64,000 bases of DNA from a virus. Position numbers and translations under genes: made by a program. A model generated the notes under the pieces. It worked only from the letters and a program-made list of their open reading frames with translations, made no database searches and was not told the DNA's origin. Positions 44,928-54,853 of this stretch are shown one piece after another. Each line of letters opens with the position of its first letter. Position 1 is the first letter of the stretch. Where the stretch lies: positions 1 through 64,000 of IMG/VR virus record IMGVR_UViG_3300002334_000124; one strand, 5' to 3'.

Positions 44928-47213
44928 GTGAGAACGCTCACTACTATTCGAGGACTCTGGGAGTCCAACGACGGAAAAATGATCGGCGACAAGCGACCTC
45001 ATTGTCGCGTCACGGTAGAGGCCAACTGGCAACTGAATCTAACAGGGGCCAGCTACGGGACCTCTGAGAAAGGTCCGTTCCGTTACTGGTTCTTTGCAGA
45101 CCAATCACAGGTTGAGACAGAGGTTCCCCACATCAGGAATGTGGTCATGAACAGCGGTCTTGACAAGGACACGGCAGACTGCACGATCACTATCTTCAAC
45201 ACCTCTCATGAAGACAATGCCAATGCAGAAAATGAACAGCCTGGCGTGCTTGGAAACCCTGGTTATCTCGGTTTCAATTACGGGCAGAGCGACGAGGCCG
45301 CGGCAATATACGGTCAGACAGCTAATTCTTGGGCAGGCGTGCTTGTCCCCAATGCCTTAATTCGTACCTATCAGGGCTACGGTGGTTTTGAGGCTGATGG
45401 TGTCACTCCGAAGTCTATTGTTGATGCGGTGGCTGATGGCAATCTTGCTATTACTGGCACTTGGATGATCGACACGGCGAGGACTGGCACGAGTGGATTA
45501 ATGACCCTCAAATGCAGAGACATGGGTAAGCTGCTCATCGATCAATCCGTTTACCTGCCTCTTGTTCCTGACCGCTATTACCCTCTCAGATATTGTCGTT
45601 TCCTTTACGAACTTGTTCCTGGCTCACCAGCCGTAGATCCGGTTCCGGGGACTCAGAACTCTACGAATACGGAACCGGTGACCCTCACCCATTTCGACAG
45701 CAACGTACAAAGATGGTATCCAAGTCTGGCCGACAATGATCTATATCACGGCCGCAGGGTCAACGCGTGGGTTGATGGTGACAGGAAGACCGAGACGTGG
45801 TCCGTTGGTACTGTCCATCCTTCACGTATCTTCTCTCGCGTTTGGTGGGAAGCAAGAGCACATGGAGCTAGTGTCAGTGAAGTTTACATCAAATCAAGTT
45901 ACAATTCGTTTGGTACCACCTGGATCTCGATCAGAGAAGGTGGTGTTTGGCAAGGGGCTCGGGTTATCCCGTGGGATGACGCAAATGGGGACGGTAAATC
46001 CGACTCGCTCAATGCTTCTCAGAACACAGCAGTAGAAGACACAGACATCAATTACGTGAGACGCGCCTCCGTGTCAAATGCGGGCAGGTGGTACAAGTTG
46101 GATCGGACTTACACGGCGCAGCGGATTCGAATCACCACAATTGAGAATTGGATTTCTCCGATTGGTCCATTCTTCTATCGTGCGGTCCTAAGAGAAGTGC
46201 AGGCTCGCCATGTCAGCGAAAGCATAGATGGTACTCCTGGCACTCCGGGCGTGGATGAGATCCCAGATTCCACGTTGCGTACGGATGGAAACATTCAGGA
46301 CTGGACCGATCCCGTGAAAGACATCTTGTTGTGGTCTGGATTCTTGTTTTATGAAGGAGTTGCTCCTGCTGGAGGGGCTGAGGTGCATGGCCTGATTGAA
46401 ACTGCTGGCAATGCACCTACTGAATGCATGGAAGAAGACTTCTTTGACAAGAAAAGTCCGATGGAGGTCATTACAGCCGTCAAGGAAATATTGGGCTACA
46501 TCTTCTTCATTGATGAACAGGGTGCCGTCAGGTTTCATTCTCCTAACTGGTGGTCGGCAGGCAACACCACTGAACTAGGAGAGCGCACCTCATACATTCC
46601 CGAGTTGTTAGACAGTCAAGTTATTGTTGATTACACATCTGAGCATTCCGACAAGTCTATGCGTTCGGAGATCATTGTAGGGTCAAATGTTCCTAGCGAA
46701 ACAGATGATCGCACACAGTTTGTGCGTCATATTCCTGAGCAGGTGTCTCTACTGAGAGGCATGGTGAAGCCAGCCATGTTGATCAACGAGATATATCAGC
46801 TTGAGATAGAGCAGAGATTGACTGCCGCTCTGATTGGATTGCACATTATGTTCCAGTCGCGGAGTGGTCGCGTGACTATTCTTGCTAATCCAGAGATCCA
46901 GATCAACGACCAGATTCGCATTACAGAACGTAATACTTCTGAGTCTTACATTCACTATGTTCGCAGTATCTCTTCGAACCACAATTTGGACACTAACGAG
47001 TGGACCATGACTCTCGAAACGAACTGGCTAGGAGAAGAAGACGACTGGGTTTTCAATCGTGATTTCTTCATCAGTACGTATTTCCCTGATACTGAGATTC
47101 CACCTCTAGATGGCTTCGATAGCGGAATTCAGAATGTACTACTGGACATCAACACTCCCATCCCAATCGCTTTTGTTCCGGATCCAGGCGGAGACGGAGC
47201 AGGGTCAATCTAA
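44928..47213 (+). CDS. baseplate hub / tail tip protein
   Basis: LKCRDMGK, FFIDEQGAVRF, ANPEIQINDQIRI...YVRSISS. Confidence 0.7.
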   Translation: MRTLTTIRGLWESNDGKMIGDKRPHCRVTVEANWQLNLTGASYGTSEKGPFRYWFFADQSQVETEVPHIRNVVMNSGLDKDTADCTITIFNTSHEDNANAENEQPGVLGNPGYLGFNYGQSDEAAAIYGQTANSWAGVLVPNALIRTYQGYGGFEADGVTPKSIVDAVADGNLAITGTWMIDTARTGTSGLMTLKCRDMGKLLIDQSVYLPLVPDRYYPLRYCRFLYELVPGSPAVDPVPGTQNSTNTEPVTLTHFDSNVQRWYPSLADNDLYHGRRVNAWVDGDRKTETWSVGTVHPSRIFSRVWWEARAHGASVSEVYIKSSYNSFGTTWISIREGGVWQGARVIPWDDANGDGKSDSLNASQNTAVEDTDINYVRRASVSNAGRWYKLDRTYTAQRIRITTIENWISPIGPFFYRAVLREVQARHVSESIDGTPGTPGVDEIPDSTLRTDGNIQDWTDPVKDILLWSGFLFYEGVAPAGGAEVHGLIETAGNAPTECMEEDFFDKKSPMEVITAVKEILGYIFFIDEQGAVRFHSPNWWSAGNTTELGERTSYIPELLDSQVIVDYTSEHSDKSMRSEIIVGSNVPSETDDRTQFVRHIPEQVSLLRGMVKPAMLINEIYQLEIEQRLTAALIGLHIMFQSRSGRVTILANPEIQINDQIRITERNTSESYIHYVRSISSNHNLDTNEWTMTLETNWLGEEDDWVFNRDFFISTYFPDTEIPPLDGFDSGIQNVLLDINTPIPIAFVPDPGGDGAGSI

Positions 47214-47716
47214 TGCCTAGCATTCCCACATTTCCAGGTCCTAGAGACGGATCTGTTGGTAGTAGCACCTCACGTGCTCGTGCGACATCTCTGCCTGCTG
47301 CTACTGCTAGGGGCAAGCAGAACCTACAACGCAATCGTGATGTTCTTCCTGCCGAATACGTTATCAAGGGCAGAACAAGAGTTCTTGGCTTGGGAGAGGC
47401 CACAGTCGATATTAGGTTCCCTGTCATATACATTGAGCCTCCGATCTTCCAATTTGGTGGAGAACTAGCTGAGGGCTCGTCGTTGGTTCAGGGTACGTTT
47501 CCCACAATCAGCGCTATTGTCTCACAGTGGGAGATAGACGAGCCAGACCTTGATTTGTTTGGTCAGTCTCTGCGTATCTGGTATAGGGGTGCAACTCTTG
47601 CAATAGTGACCACAGGCCCACCAGATACAGATGTGTATTTGCATTGGACCTTTACGGGGAGGGCCGTCTCTAATCCAGTGGCAGGGTCGGAGACTGTCCC
47701 GCCGATCACTATCTAA
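47213..47716 (+). CDS. minor tail protein
   Basis: synteny. Confidence 0.55.
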   Translation: MPSIPTFPGPRDGSVGSSTSRARATSLPAATARGKQNLQRNRDVLPAEYVIKGRTRVLGLGEATVDIRFPVIYIEPPIFQFGGELAEGSSLVQGTFPTISAIVSQWEIDEPDLDLFGQSLRIWYRGATLAIVTTGPPDTDVYLHWTFTGRAVSNPVAGSETVPPITI

Positions 47717-47718
47717 TC

Positions 47719-48513
47719 ATGCCGAGCCGACTTGTATACGTACGCAATCGAAACACCGAAACGGTTTCGGCGAATCGTCGTGTCGTCGCGGCTGGAGATA
47801 CCGACCTTTACAGTGCCGTTTTTACGGAAGTAACTGGATCGATTCTTGCTTACAACTCTGACGGAGTGTCTACAGACACCCAGACTTTTACCGTCCCGAC
47901 AGACTTGGAAGACGGGGACTTTTGTTACCACCTGAATCACAAGACAGACAACCTTGACATCCTCTACGCTCGCACAGGTTGGACTGAACATCGTTCGACA
48001 TCTGGATCTGGCGGTTCCCCTGATCGTGGCATCTCGACCCGTTACATGACAGTTACGGATGCAGCTGCAGAGATAGCGGGTGGCACATGGGAGTTTACTA
48101 CGCCTGGTGCAGACGTGAACGTAGGGTTTGTTTGGATAATTAAAGGGGTCAGAGCTACCGGCAACCCCATAGATTCGTCGTTCCTCATCAATACCAGTTT
48201 CAAGAGGAACCCCTTCAGGACTCGGTCTAACACGGTCATCAATGACAATACGATCCTTCTTAGCGCTTCTACGGCAGGTGGCCTGGTTGCGAACACGCCC
48301 GGTGTGAGGACAACTGCACCTCCACCACATGTGTCTGTAGGTAACTATCTTGACAGTCCTGCTGTTGATGGGATCAGCGAAAGGGCTTGGGGGGCGGCAG
48401 TGTTCTGGACTCAAGACTTGAGTGGTGCATCGACACAAGATGACTACACTATGGCAAACACTGGTGTGGACTGGGGCGTCGGCGAATTCACCGTGGCATT
48501 GAGGAAAGCATAA
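47719..48513 (+). CDS. minor tail protein
   Basis: Thr-rich, synteny. Confidence 0.55.
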   Translation: MPSRLVYVRNRNTETVSANRRVVAAGDTDLYSAVFTEVTGSILAYNSDGVSTDTQTFTVPTDLEDGDFCYHLNHKTDNLDILYARTGWTEHRSTSGSGGSPDRGISTRYMTVTDAAAEIAGGTWEFTTPGADVNVGFVWIIKGVRATGNPIDSSFLINTSFKRNPFRTRSNTVINDNTILLSASTAGGLVANTPGVRTTAPPPHVSVGNYLDSPAVDGISERAWGAAVFWTQDLSGASTQDDYTMANTGVDWGVGEFTVALRKA

Positions 48514-48830
48514 TGGCTCTAGTAAGTCGCACCATCACTCTCCAGGAACAAAGCACCATCTTGCTCGTGGGATATGCAAACAACACAACATCTACTTCGC
48601 TCACCTTTGTCATCAATGGAGTGGAGGCGTCCTTGGGTCCTGTCGTTACTTCTCCATCGGGCGCTACGGGTGCGGAACCCGTCATCTTTGGTGTCACTAC
48701 TCTTGCTGCAGGCTGCCACGAAATCGTTATGAGTAGCATCAATGATGACTTGGTAAGTGGATGGCTGTGGGTCGTGGTGGGCCAGGACACCGACAACACC
48801 GATGACAACACTACGTTGAGTTTCCCTTAG
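48513..48830 (+). CDS. minor tail protein
   Basis: beta-rich, synteny. Confidence 0.5.
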   Translation: MALVSRTITLQEQSTILLVGYANNTTSTSLTFVINGVEASLGPVVTSPSGATGAEPVIFGVTTLAAGCHEIVMSSINDDLVSGWLWVVVGQDTDNTDDNTTLSFP

Positions 48831-48845
48831 TAGAATCGATGAATC

Positions 48846-50306
48846 ATGCCTAACGTTATTCGCAACAGAGACGGAGAAGCCGCTCCTTCCGGAAGTCATG
48901 CTTCCGAGGCTGGTGGGGCCATATATGCCATCACGGGTTTGATAAGGGACGGCACGGTCTGGAGGAGCGATCCTGTTAACATCTTTGTGTCTGACGATGC
49001 TGACCTAACTGCTACTGTTTTCATGGTCGCATGCATCACGCCCGAGGTCGATTCGGGTACGCCGGTGAATGCCTACACGCTCTATTTCAATATGGATGGC
49101 GTTCGTTTGACGGACTTTCCACACAGCGGCATTGGCGTTACAGAGAGAATAGGCACGCGTCACGTAACAGGGATGAGGATTCCGGGTGCTGGTTCTCATA
49201 CGATATATGCCGAACTGGATGATCCAGGGTCAGAAATCACTACGTTTCACGGAGAATGGTCAGGGTTCCTCATGTTGGGGACAGACGGAACGTTCATCCC
49301 GGAAGATTGCCCAACTCCGATAGTTTTGCACGACCCAACTTTCTCTACTGACTTCACTATTGGTGGCTCCGTCGGCCTAAGTAGCACTGGCGACCTATTG
49401 AGCTATTCCCGGTCTCTCAGTTCGACTACGAAAGAGCTACGCACACTAGATCTGGTTTCTGGAGTGGATTCTTTGATCGCTTCGATCGGATTTACCAACC
49501 CATTCAACGGCGCTAATAGCGCTGGGATGACCCATGATGGAGTCCCGTACTGGGTAATAGATGGTCATTGGGATGGCAATAGCTCCAACTCGGAATGGGG
49601 TTACGGTTTAGGGGCCTCACCGATAGCAACGTTTGACAGCAACACCTATGGCACTGGACCCGAAATAATGTGGGACGCAACACAGGGTCACTGGTGGGTT
49701 GGGACGTGGGGAGACACAAACAACACCACATGGGGAGATGATGCAACTGCCAGAAACGAAGGCGCGCTGTGGTCGATGACTCTCGGTGGTTCAGCATCGG
49801 AACTCTTCTCGGAGGCAAGTCATGGTGACGAATCATCACCAGCAGCGTGCTTCCTGTCTATGAAACCCGTTGCTCCTGACGGGCAAGGCGGCGTTTATTT
49901 CTCGGTCGGGCATCTCCATCTTAACGAAGTGAGTGGGTCATTCATTTCGTGGGATCATGACCTCAGACACTATTCGCCCACTGATGGCATTACGACTGGC
50001 CTGGGCCACGGTGTTGGCTTCAGATTTAACAACATCCCATTGCTTGTCACCCCTGCAGGCGGTCTCTATGTTTGGAGTGAGACACATCAATGTGTCGCTT
50101 TCATTTCTCCATCACCAGATCTTGTGACCACTATTGTTAAGTGCCTAGGACCAGAGACTTCACCAATCGGCAACAACCAGAACAACAATGCGACTGGGTT
50201 TGCTTTTACTGACACGAGCGGAGAGACATCGATCGCTGCCTTTCCTCAGAGTGACTCAGATCGTGGACCTTGGGGTGTTGAGTCTAGGGTGGAGGTTTCA
50301 ACGTGA
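48846..50306 (+). CDS. tail-associated beta-propeller-like protein (possible receptor binding)
   Basis: Ser/Gly/Trp-rich; VAPDGQGGVYFS, VTPAGGLYVW blade-like motifs. Confidence 0.5.
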   Translation: MPNVIRNRDGEAAPSGSHASEAGGAIYAITGLIRDGTVWRSDPVNIFVSDDADLTATVFMVACITPEVDSGTPVNAYTLYFNMDGVRLTDFPHSGIGVTERIGTRHVTGMRIPGAGSHTIYAELDDPGSEITTFHGEWSGFLMLGTDGTFIPEDCPTPIVLHDPTFSTDFTIGGSVGLSSTGDLLSYSRSLSSTTKELRTLDLVSGVDSLIASIGFTNPFNGANSAGMTHDGVPYWVIDGHWDGNSSNSEWGYGLGASPIATFDSNTYGTGPEIMWDATQGHWWVGTWGDTNNTTWGDDATARNEGALWSMTLGGSASELFSEASHGDESSPAACFLSMKPVAPDGQGGVYFSVGHLHLNEVSGSFISWDHDLRHYSPTDGITTGLGHGVGFRFNNIPLLVTPAGGLYVWSETHQCVAFISPSPDLVTTIVKCLGPETSPIGNNQNNNATGFAFTDTSGETSIAAFPQSDSDRGPWGVESRVEVST

Positions 50307-50803
50307 GAGACATAGTCGTTCTTCGTACCCGTCAAACTGAAGGGGTGTCCTCTGCACGTGCTATAGGTGGTGGCACTCCCATCATCAGGGGTTTCTTCAC
50401 GGACATCTCGGGAGATCCTTCTGAAGATACTCTCATTGGGGAGGACGTAGAAATAGTCCTTGAGAATTCTGCTTCTGTAGTCCTCATTTTCCATGGACAG
50501 CTAACACACAGTGGCGGCTCGGGGAGCGTCTTTACCGCCCAGGCTTATTTCGTAGTGAATGGTACGACCTATTGGGGAGGGCCTGTGGGAGGTCAGAAGT
50601 ACGACGCTTCCGGCGCTGATCATTTCAATCTAGACATGACCGCGACACACTCATTGGGCGCAGGCACTCACACCTTCAACGTCTGGGTACAGACCGACAG
50701 GACCAACTGGACTGCTTCGTATTTGTCGTTTCTTGTCGTTGAAGGTGGGTTTACGGGAACATCAAGTCTAATCACCGGTAGCTCAGCCTTGATATCGGAA
50801 TGA
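50303..50803 (+). CDS. minor tail protein
   Basis: LGAGTHTFNV motif, synteny. Confidence 0.5.
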   Translation: MRDIVVLRTRQTEGVSSARAIGGGTPIIRGFFTDISGDPSEDTLIGEDVEIVLENSASVVLIFHGQLTHSGGSGSVFTAQAYFVVNGTTYWGGPVGGQKYDASGADHFNLDMTATHSLGAGTHTFNVWVQTDRTNWTASYLSFLVVEGGFTGTSSLITGSSALISE

Positions 50804-50816
50804 TATGGACCGACAT
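50790..50816 (+). promoter_or_regulatory. sigma-28-type promoter TGAT-N15-ACCGACAT
   Basis: upstream of ORF 50843. Confidence 0.55.
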
Positions 50817-50842
50817 AGTTAGAAGGACCAGAGGATAGGAAG

Positions 50843-52240
50843 ATGGCTTCAAAAACACTGAACTACGGACTCACTAAGCTCGCTCCTGGTGACAGCCTAA
50901 GCGCGAACGGATACGCATTTGTTGACAGCGATCGTGATCGTATCGATGGATTGCTTGCTCTTGGTAGGGAACACGAGCATACGGGCTCCGCTGTAAGTAT
51001 CGCCGATCCGACATTGGCGCCTACGCTTGTCCTCGACACGGCTTCAGGTGCGTTGACTGCTGGTCAAACCTGGCGATACAGATACAGCTATGTAGACCAG
51101 TTCGGGTCTGAGACGACCGCCTCTCCTGAGGCCACCCTTGCCACAGCTGCTCCTGTAGTGTCTCCTGGTGGCGTTTCGTTGTCATCTGTCACTACAGGGG
51201 GTTCTCTGGCTGGTGGCCTCTACAACTACGCCCTGACGGCTTACGTGGACACTTCGTCTAGGGAGACGCGTCGCGGTACGGTTACGGCTATTTCTATGGC
51301 CTTTGCGACAATCACCAACATAATAACACTCGCTCTACCGTCGTTGCCTTCTGGTGCGACCGGTTTCAACGTCTACCGCAGGGCTCCTGGAGAGGCGAAC
51401 TACAACTTCCTCGCTTCCGTCGACATGTCGGTTGCGACTCCTCCAACCGAATACATTGATAATGGAACGATCAATCCAAACTGTGATCGTCATCCACCGA
51501 TCAGCAACAGCACGAACTCTCAGAACAATATCACCGTCACCCTCCCAGGTGCCACTCCAGTAGTGCCAGCAGGAGCTACGTGGAGGATCTATCGTTCGAA
51601 AACTGCTGGTGTTTGGGAAGCCACCGATCTGGTATCAGTCACCGAAACGGTATCAGACCTGGATCCGACAGTAGTTACCTCATACATCGACGTTGGCACT
51701 CCGACAGGATTCAAAACAGCCCCTGAGGTATCTCAGATCGTTGGACAGCCAGACAAGATAACTCTCACCAATGCTGCGAACGTCGACGGGTACCTCCCTC
51801 CCGGTTTGCTCACGATTCCTTACACCATCACGTGGCAGCAGAAAGGGACCGTGATCATCGATCAGGCTCTTGACATGTGGCGTTGCCCATTTGACAATGC
51901 AGAGATTCAGGAGATAGCAATCACTCTCGGAGATCCGAGCTACGCAGCGGCTAGTCAGTACATCATCACAGATGTGAACTACTACAGCACCAATCAGGCC
52001 ACCCCCGGCTGGACTACGGTGTTCACGACGCAAGCTAATCGTCCTGAGATTCCTATCACGGAGTGGTTCGGATTGGTGACAACGCCTGACGTTATTGCTC
52101 TCACAAAGGGTGACTTGCTCAATTGGGACATAGATCAGGACGGTGGTGGTGCGACTCCAACCGACTTTGATTTGACCATCACGATTTTGCTGCATGTAAA
52201 ACAGGGTTCCGAAACAGTGACCAATGACCTAACAGATTGA
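50843..52240 (+). CDS. tail protein with FN3-like repeats
   Basis: WRYRYSYVD..GSET, YNYALT, GATGFNVYRR, WRIYRS repeats. Confidence 0.65.
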   Translation: MASKTLNYGLTKLAPGDSLSANGYAFVDSDRDRIDGLLALGREHEHTGSAVSIADPTLAPTLVLDTASGALTAGQTWRYRYSYVDQFGSETTASPEATLATAAPVVSPGGVSLSSVTTGGSLAGGLYNYALTAYVDTSSRETRRGTVTAISMAFATITNIITLALPSLPSGATGFNVYRRAPGEANYNFLASVDMSVATPPTEYIDNGTINPNCDRHPPISNSTNSQNNITVTLPGATPVVPAGATWRIYRSKTAGVWEATDLVSVTETVSDLDPTVVTSYIDVGTPTGFKTAPEVSQIVGQPDKITLTNAANVDGYLPPGLLTIPYTITWQQKGTVIIDQALDMWRCPFDNAEIQEIAITLGDPSYAAASQYIITDVNYYSTNQATPGWTTVFTTQANRPEIPITEWFGLVTTPDVIALTKGDLLNWDIDQDGGGATPTDFDLTITILLHVKQGSETVTNDLTD

Positions 52241-52264
52241 TCTCTTGGGTCGCAATGCCGATGA
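52238..52264 (+). promoter_or_regulatory. sigma-28-type promoter TGAT-N15-GCCGATGA
   Basis: 6 nt before GTG 52271. Confidence 0.65.
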
Positions 52265-52270
52265 TGAGGT

Positions 52271-52672
52271 GTGGATAAATCAGCGGATGTCTTGTCAGCC
52301 TCTCTACCAGAGAGTGCTGTCCACGACTTATTTGAGGGGGAACAAGTGATTCCATTTCTAGCTTTGATGAAGATCACTGCATTCCAGAAAGTCATTGCTT
52401 ATGGAATGTATATTTGGGGGATGATGGTGGGGGGTTTGTACACGCTTGCCTCCTCTAACGACCTAGACGCAGTCTTCCTGGGGATGATCGGTGCTGTCGC
52501 TGTGTCGGTCATGTTCGCATTGCGTCGGTTGGTTCTACTGTTGATTCAAATCGGTGAGGCGGCAGCAGAGAAGAAGTTGCGCGACTTCGCAGTCAAGACA
52601 GGCCTGACTGAAGAAGAGATTCATAACATCGTTGCTACGAAGATAGAGGATTACAAATCTGAACTGGACTGA
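52271..52672 (+). CDS. membrane protein, holin-like
   Basis: two hydrophobic segments at the end of the tail module. Confidence 0.45.
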   Translation: MDKSADVLSASLPESAVHDLFEGEQVIPFLALMKITAFQKVIAYGMYIWGMMVGGLYTLASSNDLDAVFLGMIGAVAVSVMFALRRLVLLLIQIGEAAAEKKLRDFAVKTGLTEEEIHNIVATKIEDYKSELD

Positions 52673-52723
52673 TAGTCGCAGTTTGCCTCGCATCATGTAG
52701 TCCGTCTGGCCTATACTCTGGCC

Positions 52724-53281
52724 GTGGACATAGACAAGGTTCTAAACCTAGCCCAAAGCATCCATAAGCGTCGAGTATTTGTAGCCCCTGAGGCTCCTCG
52801 TTCTCTGTCGACAGCTGAAGCTGTGATGGACAGCATGTATGGTCTGGAGCTGGATCTGGATAGCTACGACGACAGGATGGTGCTGAATGTGCGGGATGAG
52901 CGCAACCGTAAGGTGTGTGTTGTCGCGTACAAACGCCCTCCGTTCAGAGTGGATCCTCTGTACGAACAGGATTACGATGTCATTGTCTTCGTTGAGGGTG
53001 ACAGTCTCGATGAAGTAGACATCTTGGGATGGCTTCCTGCAAGCAGGCTTCTTGGTGCCCCTCGGCATCCAATCACTGCGATACAATGGGAATTCGAAGT
53101 TGATCCGGACTTCTTGTTTCCTATGCCTGAGACCTTCGACTTCGGCGAACCTCCTATTGATGAGATTCCTCGTTTGTGGGACTACGATAAGGGTGGGTGG
53201 TGGACTCCGATGGGGTTCTACGTTTATGACGCCGCCGCAATGCTCGAAGTCGCGAGGCTAGACGATGAACTTGCTAGGTGA
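52724..53281 (+). CDS. hypothetical protein
   Basis: leaderless GTG after TATACT. Confidence 0.65.
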   Translation: MDIDKVLNLAQSIHKRRVFVAPEAPRSLSTAEAVMDSMYGLELDLDSYDDRMVLNVRDERNRKVCVVAYKRPPFRVDPLYEQDYDVIVFVEGDSLDEVDILGWLPASRLLGAPRHPITAIQWEFEVDPDFLFPMPETFDFGEPPIDEIPRLWDYDKGGWWTPMGFYVYDAAAMLEVARLDDELAR

Positions 53282-53504
53282 GACGATTAGATACCACCGA
53301 CAGTTAATGGGCATGTCGGCTGCTGCTCTGTCACGTGAGGTCGACATGTCGTCCAGTTACGTGGCCAAGGTCGAGTCAGGGAAGATTGATCCTTCGGTAA
53401 AGGCTTTCTCTAAGATCGCTTTGGTTCTGGGGTTGAAAGATATTGAGATTGCATGGCTGGTCAGAGCGATCGCCGTGGAGAAGGAGACCGATGCAGTATC
53501 GTAA
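53265..53504 (+). CDS. XRE family HTH regulator
   Basis: LGETIRYHRQLMGMSAAALSREVDMSSSYVAKVESGKIDPS. Confidence 0.85.
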   Translation: MNLLGETIRYHRQLMGMSAAALSREVDMSSSYVAKVESGKIDPSVKAFSKIALVLGLKDIEIAWLVRAIAVEKETDAVS

Positions 53505-53781
53505 GAAGCCATTACCAGTGGATGCCTGGCGTGTGAGCGAATTGAATTATGCAGCAGAACATGATTGGCTTGCGCTTCCGAAAGCAGTCAGGGATGCCTA
53601 CGAAAAAGGGGGCTGGGTTTTTGGTGCGCTCAAAGATGACAATACTCGGAGCATCTTCTTACCCACTCTTGAGGGCACTATGGAGGCCAGACACAATGAC
53701 TGGATCATCAAGGGTCTGGTGGGTGAGTTCTACCCATGCAAACCTGATGCATTCGCGGCCGGATTTGAGGCAGTGGTGTGA
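53491..53781 (+). CDS. conserved phage protein (YRKKP...TLEG...DWIIKG..GEFYPCKPD)
   Basis: recognisable widespread phage family motif. Confidence 0.75.
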   Translation: MQYRKKPLPVDAWRVSELNYAAEHDWLALPKAVRDAYEKGGWVFGALKDDNTRSIFLPTLEGTMEARHNDWIIKGLVGEFYPCKPDAFAAGFEAVV

Positions 53782-54611
53782 AATTCTCAGCCAGCATGAT
53801 CAAGAACTGGATGGCCTGCCCTTTGCAGAGCCACTTCAAGGATGTCCTCAAGATTGACGAACCGGTTCACGCGAAGACGGTGTTTGGTTCTTGCATTCAC
53901 GAAGCTCTAGAGCTGTACAATATCACGGGTGACATCAAAGAAGCTAAGGAACATTTCCGTGAGGTTTGGGTAAACCCAAGCAAGCTCAAGCATCCTGCTG
54001 AGATTGGGATGTGGCCACCCAAGATGTCTTGGGGTGAACTAGAAGTCAAAGGCTATGAGTTCCTAGAGAAGTTTCATGAGGAGTGTCGTTGGGAGAAGCG
54101 AAAGATCGTCGCAGCAGAGCACCGTTTCGTCGTTCCTTTCGGCGAACATATCCTAAAGGGCTTCGTGGACTGCATAGAGATCGTCGGCTCGGGTTCAAAC
54201 AAAGAGCTGAGAATAATTGACTACAAGACCTCAAGCTACAGACCCACACATCTTGAGCTTCGTTTTGATATGCAGTTCACTGTTTACCTGTATGCGTCTA
54301 TGCAGCCTGAGTTCTGGGATTCGTTCCCCAATGGTGAAGAGCTGTACGAGCGTTTCAAGAATTACAAACGTCGTGGTGTGTGGCATGCGATTTGGCACAA
54401 CAAGACTTTAGATGTTGGCCCTCGTGAAGAGTTAGACTTCATGCGTATGGCGCGTGTGATCAAAGAGATCGCTCACGCTGAAGAGATGGACGTGCACGTT
54501 CCTGACATCTCTGGGAAATCTTGTATTTGGTGTTCATACACCGATTTGTGTGCAACTACACTACCACTAGAGCATGTAGTTCTTGAGGCCAGGGCTGAGA
54601 GAATCAGATGA
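53778..54611 (+). CDS. PD-(D/E)xK RecB/Cas4-like exonuclease
   Basis: FSAS......CP, GSCIH, GFVD...IIDYKT, QFTVY, C-terminal CxxCx4C. Confidence 0.88.
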   Translation: MKFSASMIKNWMACPLQSHFKDVLKIDEPVHAKTVFGSCIHEALELYNITGDIKEAKEHFREVWVNPSKLKHPAEIGMWPPKMSWGELEVKGYEFLEKFHEECRWEKRKIVAAEHRFVVPFGEHILKGFVDCIEIVGSGSNKELRIIDYKTSSYRPTHLELRFDMQFTVYLYASMQPEFWDSFPNGEELYERFKNYKRRGVWHAIWHNKTLDVGPREELDFMRMARVIKEIAHAEEMDVHVPDISGKSCIWCSYTDLCATTLPLEHVVLEARAERIR

Positions 54612-54853
54612 TCGATGAAGGTCAGATTCTTGAAGAGGGGATTGCCTTAGCCAAGGCGTGTGCTTCTGCAATAATGATGGGCGACCCTAACGTGGTTTAC
54701 GATTTGCTTGACGCTGTTGATGAACCGGAGGTTCTGCATACCGCCTTCATATATTCGGTCACGCAGTGGTCACACGCACTGGAAGTATTCATGGAAGAAG
54801 GAGAGTGGGCACAATGGCTACTAAGCAAGGAGCTGGAAGATGATCAGAGTTAG
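54608..54853 (+). CDS. hypothetical protein
   Basis: coupled ORF. Confidence 0.6.
   Translation: MIDEGQILEEGIALAKACASAIMMGDPNVVYDLLDAVDEPEVLHTAFIYSVTQWSHALEVFMEEGEWAQWLLSKELEDDQS

Noticed and set aside
52271-52672. Complete lysis cassette
   Set aside because: Only a membrane protein is visible; no recognisable endolysin is in the window.
53778-54611. CRISPR-Cas locus (Cas4)
   Set aside because: It is a solo RecB/Cas4-like exonuclease beside Sak4 and SSB; no repeat-spacer array or other cas genes were seen.
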